Shown: one piece after another, positions 60,101-64,000 of the stretch
Numbering within the stretch: position 1 is the first letter of the stretch
How the letters are laid out: the number at the start of each line of letters is the position of its first letter
Assembly: GCA_965113315.1 (NCBI GenBank)
Contig: OZ220365.1
Length of the DNA stretch: 64,000 bases
Strand: one strand, 5' to 3'
Source: Podarcis vaucheri
Taxonomy: Eukaryota
Notes under the pieces: generated by a model
Told to the model about the DNA's origin: nothing
The model's input: the letters and a program-made list of their open reading frames with translations, nothing else
Databases searched by the model: none
Made by a program: the position numbers and the translations under genes

Positions 60101-60964
60101 CTCAGACTGAGGAGCTAAATTAAATTTAGATTTAAATATACTCAGAACATGATCCAGGAGAACAGGAACTTGTTAGAGGCTGACATGTACAACCAGTCTA
60201 CTGGTCAAGGAGCCAAGTTGAGTCTGTTGCTGGGAATTTAGTTCTGAATAAGGAAGCACAAGCTGATCTGGAAAACCAGCAAGAATGAGGCAGGAGTTGA
60301 GGTCAGGTAGTCTCTTTGGAAGACAGCCAGTAAAAATAGGAACAAATCAAGCAGATAGGAGAAGCTGAATCAGAAGCACTTACCTGGAACCCACAGAAAA
60401 GCCACAGAGCTATAGTTTTGCTTTGTTCAATTACTTACTTATAATTGGTGACAGCAAAATGACATACAACAGATTTTCATCTTTTTAATGTTGAATTGAT
60501 TCAGATGACTATATAATTTTACAAGAAAAGGAAATGTTTATTGCATAATGTAGAACTGATACATTGTATACAGGGTAATAGCAATTTGCATGGTTCCTAT
60601 TTATTAAGGATACATAGGGATTGCATCACATCTTACAGAGAAACAAATCCACGAATGTGCACTCAGTCAGTTTTCCACATTAGCCAGTGTACTTGCATGT
60701 GCAAACATTGCTGGATTCACGCTTCAGGTGTGCACACTAAACATCAGAGGCATATATTTAAAACAATAATGGGTCTAGCAATAATTGCTTCCAGGGGAAC
60801 AATTTGTTTTGAATAGTAAGTGGCTCAGAGAGTCAAACTGAAGAGGTCTGTGTTCATTTCCTTGTCAACAGTGAAAGTTGCTAGGTGGCCTTACATGAAG
60901 CCAGCCACTACTGCAAAGCCTAACCCTCAGCACAAGACTAGATAGAATAGAATAAGCTCAGTGT

Positions 60965-61671
60965 ATATCATCCTGAGAAAGAATGAGATACAAAGGGCAG
61001 GATTCATCTAATGAGACCTATCAGTGAAAGCCCTGTGCAAGGACTCCCACTTCTGCAGTGGGACTCCCCCCTCCTCCTATGCTCCCCCTGCAAATGATTA
61101 GGGAGTTGGAAGAACGCACAGAACAATACGCAGGAGGAGGAGAGTGGGGTTCATTCTGCCTAGCAGGCTGAATGCTTAGTCTGGTTATAGAGGAAAGTCT
61201 TTGCTTGGCACCTAAAGCTATATAATGATGGCACCAGTGAGCCTTATTGGGTAGACAGTTGGAGTAACAGCACATCATGCTTCTTTCAGCACATTTTAAC
61301 CCCCTCTTCTGATATAGTGTGTGCAAGCAACCAGCGGCTTGTCCTGCGCAGCATCTCCAGCTGCTCCTGTTGCCTTAAGCCCTTCCTTGTCCCTGGAGGA
61401 GGGGACGGTAGAGACTGTAACTGGGACTGTGTTTTCCACCTCTGCACCTTCCTGCAACTCTTTCCCTGCCTCCTCTTTTCCCATCTCTGACTGCCCAGCC
61501 TCTTCCTCTTCTCCCTGCATCATGGGTGGTACAGATCCCCACAAATCAATGACCCCTTCCCCAGATTATCCTCCCATACCCCCACCTCCTCTGCCCACCC
61601 TTCAGACCCTGCCTATCCCTGATAATGTCCATTCAACTAAGTCCACCTGTTTATTTTTTTCTTTCATGACA
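60965..61671 (-). mobile_element. Possible old solo LTR
   Basis: TCATGACA at right end (TGTCATGA on minus); purine-rich minus strand followed by CCAAT/TATA-like motifs; left boundary uncertain. Confidence 0.35.
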
Positions 61672-64000
61672 TTTGCAATGAAATGAAAACCAAATGTTCA
61701 GATTGTTTTTAGTGAATTGATTCACGCACAAAACATAAATAAGCAGTCTTGTAAATAAAGTTGCAACTTCTTTGGAAAAATCTAACCTTCAGTTTCTGCT
61801 TTGATTATTATATTATGTGCACCGTGCTGAATTAAGTGGCATAGACTGCTAAGTGTATTCAGTTTTGCAGCTAAGTCTTGTGCATATTTCCTAGTAAATA
61901 AGTTACACTTTTCAATGGGATTTACTTTAAAGTAAGTTTAAAGAAAATATAGATACTTACAACCTTGGGTATATAGTTTTGTGTACTTCAAAATGCTGCT
62001 GTTTATTTTGAAAATCTATTGTATTGAGTTTAAACAAACTTTCAGATTTTGAATTACTGCCATTGGATGCTGTTGTCAGGCTTTCTTAATATGAAACTGA
62101 TCTATAAATGTTCATTTAAACTGGTGTTTCTTGTTTAGTAATAGTTGCCAGCATCTGCGCACATTTGAAAAAAAAAGTAGACTAAATAGCAACATGCATC
62201 CTCTCTAAAGGAGATAGTACTGTATACTTAGAGGCTTCTGTATTATAGGGTTTTTAACGCTGGATTTAAATGGAATCTTTCTCCTTTTTATATTTTACGA
62301 GGAGCATGCCAGAAGTAAAGGGAGAGGCCTTTTTTTGTTTGGACAATGTTGGTATAAGTTCTTCCGCCAGATGAGCTCACTAGCAACTTAACTTTGCCCA
62401 GAAAGTCAGGATTTCAAATCAAAACTGCTGTGTTCCATAGCACCCACGCTTCCAGAATCCATGCCAGTTGGAACACTTTAAGGCACAGATTACAAGTGCT
62501 GGCTTAGCACTTTAGTTTATTAATATCTTTACCTTACTACTTTTATATTGTCAAACAGAATAGAAATAGTCCTACAAATTCATACAGCAATGCATCTGCT
62601 TCAGGCATTGGACTGTAAACCTAGTAGGTAATGTGGTATCTGAAAATATGATTAGGAGGGTACATAACAGACTGATTTAAACATTATCTTTCTTTTATGT
62701 ATCAAATTTATATCTTACCCTTTTTTCCTGCAAGCAGCTCAAGACAGCATATCGGATTTTTCCCCTTCTAGATTTTACCCTGAGAGAGATAAGACTGAGA
62801 GAGAATGACTGGCAGCAAGTCACCCAGTGAGATTTATGCTTGAATGAGAATTTGAACCTGGATCCAGCACTCTAACCACTATGCTAGATTATTGCAGAGA
62901 GTTAGACTAGATGACCCTCAGGGTACCTTCCAGCTCTATAGTTCTATGATTCACTGCTTACCAGTTCAATTCTACCCCAATTCATGGGTTGCTTTTTGAC
63001 CAATAAGGTCCTAAATAGTCTCCAGTTAGGATATTTCAAGGACTCTCACAACCTGTTTATACCTATATGAATTCTTTGATCGCTATCCTATGGTTTAAGT
63101 ATCTCCACCCATCCCAGTGCTGCAGTAGGGATACAAATTATATGCCCTTCTCTACATTTCCCACACCTTGCTTTTTCTATGGAATTGACATCTTTTGGGT
63201 ACTCATTTTCTAGAGGTCATCTGGATTCCTGCTTTCCAGGGGTTTGGACTAGATGATCCTCATGATCCCTTCCAACTCTACACTTCTATAATTCTATGTA
63301 GTTCTTTCTAAACTGTCGATCCCAAGCTTTTCTGCACCCCTCCCATACCTTTAAATGGAACACTTCCTCTTTGCAGGTTCAGCCAGTTTTATTGCTTCAT
63401 GTTGATAGCAGCTGGGATGTGACTGAATAGTTTTCCCTTGAAAGGCCTTTCTGGAAAACACCCTGTGTCATGTTTGGTTTTTTTTTCTGTAATAGGGAGT
63501 AAGTGTTTACTTACTGCTTTCCTCTTGTTTTGTTCCTTTTATTTTTAAGATAGCATGATTTATAATACTGTTTGCTACTCTAGATCATAATAATTAAAAG
63601 ATGAATGAATTATTCTTCCACTCGCCACATAGGGAAAATAGCTGACATGCGGCAATTCCAAGAGTGTCTATTTAAGGAGAAATTATTCACTAATTCCACA
63701 GCTGGAATCAGTAGGAAGCAATAAAACAACTGAACTTGCATACAGTAACATTTATTTGAAGTGCCAGAGATCTTTGCTGAATGGAACTTTCACTGAAAAT
63801 AGAAATTCTAAAAGGATAGGAAGGGGAAAGGGAGTGTTACTTAATATATCACTATATTTTAATGGAACCTTAGTTTTAATTCCACCTCCAACTAATTGCA
63901 GGAAAAGAATACTTCAACACTCATGGTCTCATCAGTTATGGCAACACAAGAAAGATTTGCTTGGCTTCTGCCACATTACAAAGGTCTATCTCTTTTGTAG

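Noticed and set aside
63641-63685. ADMRQFQECL, superficially like KIF6 exon 11 (GADMRKVHHCF)
   Set aside because: Upstream codons do not resemble the expected exon and hit a stop, and there is no suitable donor; treated as chance.
63980-64000. Window ends in an acceptor-like TCTCTTTTGTAG
   Set aside because: It could precede exon 11 but cannot be evaluated without downstream sequence.

Overview
This is vertebrate genomic DNA from a squamate, most likely a lacertid lizard, inferred from Sauria/Squam1, Squam2-like and (CTT)n-tailed Squam3-like SINEs. The only host gene I can support is KIF6 (kinesin-9) on the + strand. It has a CpG-island promoter with RFX X-box-like motifs at ~20.4-21.0 kb and ten GT-AG coding exons (20595-57148, 1181 nt, 393 codons + 2 nt). 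These cover the whole motor domain and the start of the coiled coil; the gene continues past the window. The first 20 kb is intergenic and includes a repeat-free, homeodomain/SOX-motif-dense enhancer candidate. The rest is transposon debris: hAT MITEs with 8-bp TSDs, Tigger/Tc2 MITEs, SINEs, CR1/L2/Rex1 fragments and probable solo LTRs. Most notable: (i) a SINE inserted exactly at the exon 6 acceptor that appears to supply the branch point and polypyrimidine tract; (ii) a 1.56-kb cargo-carrying hAT element in intron 4 holding CpG-rich DNA, an L2 fragment and a candidate sense-strand poison exon; (iii) a resolvable three-layer SINE > Rex1 > hAT nest that creates a chimeric 190-aa ORF. I found no prokaryote-type system such as CRISPR. 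Repeat family names come from recalled consensus features, not a database search.
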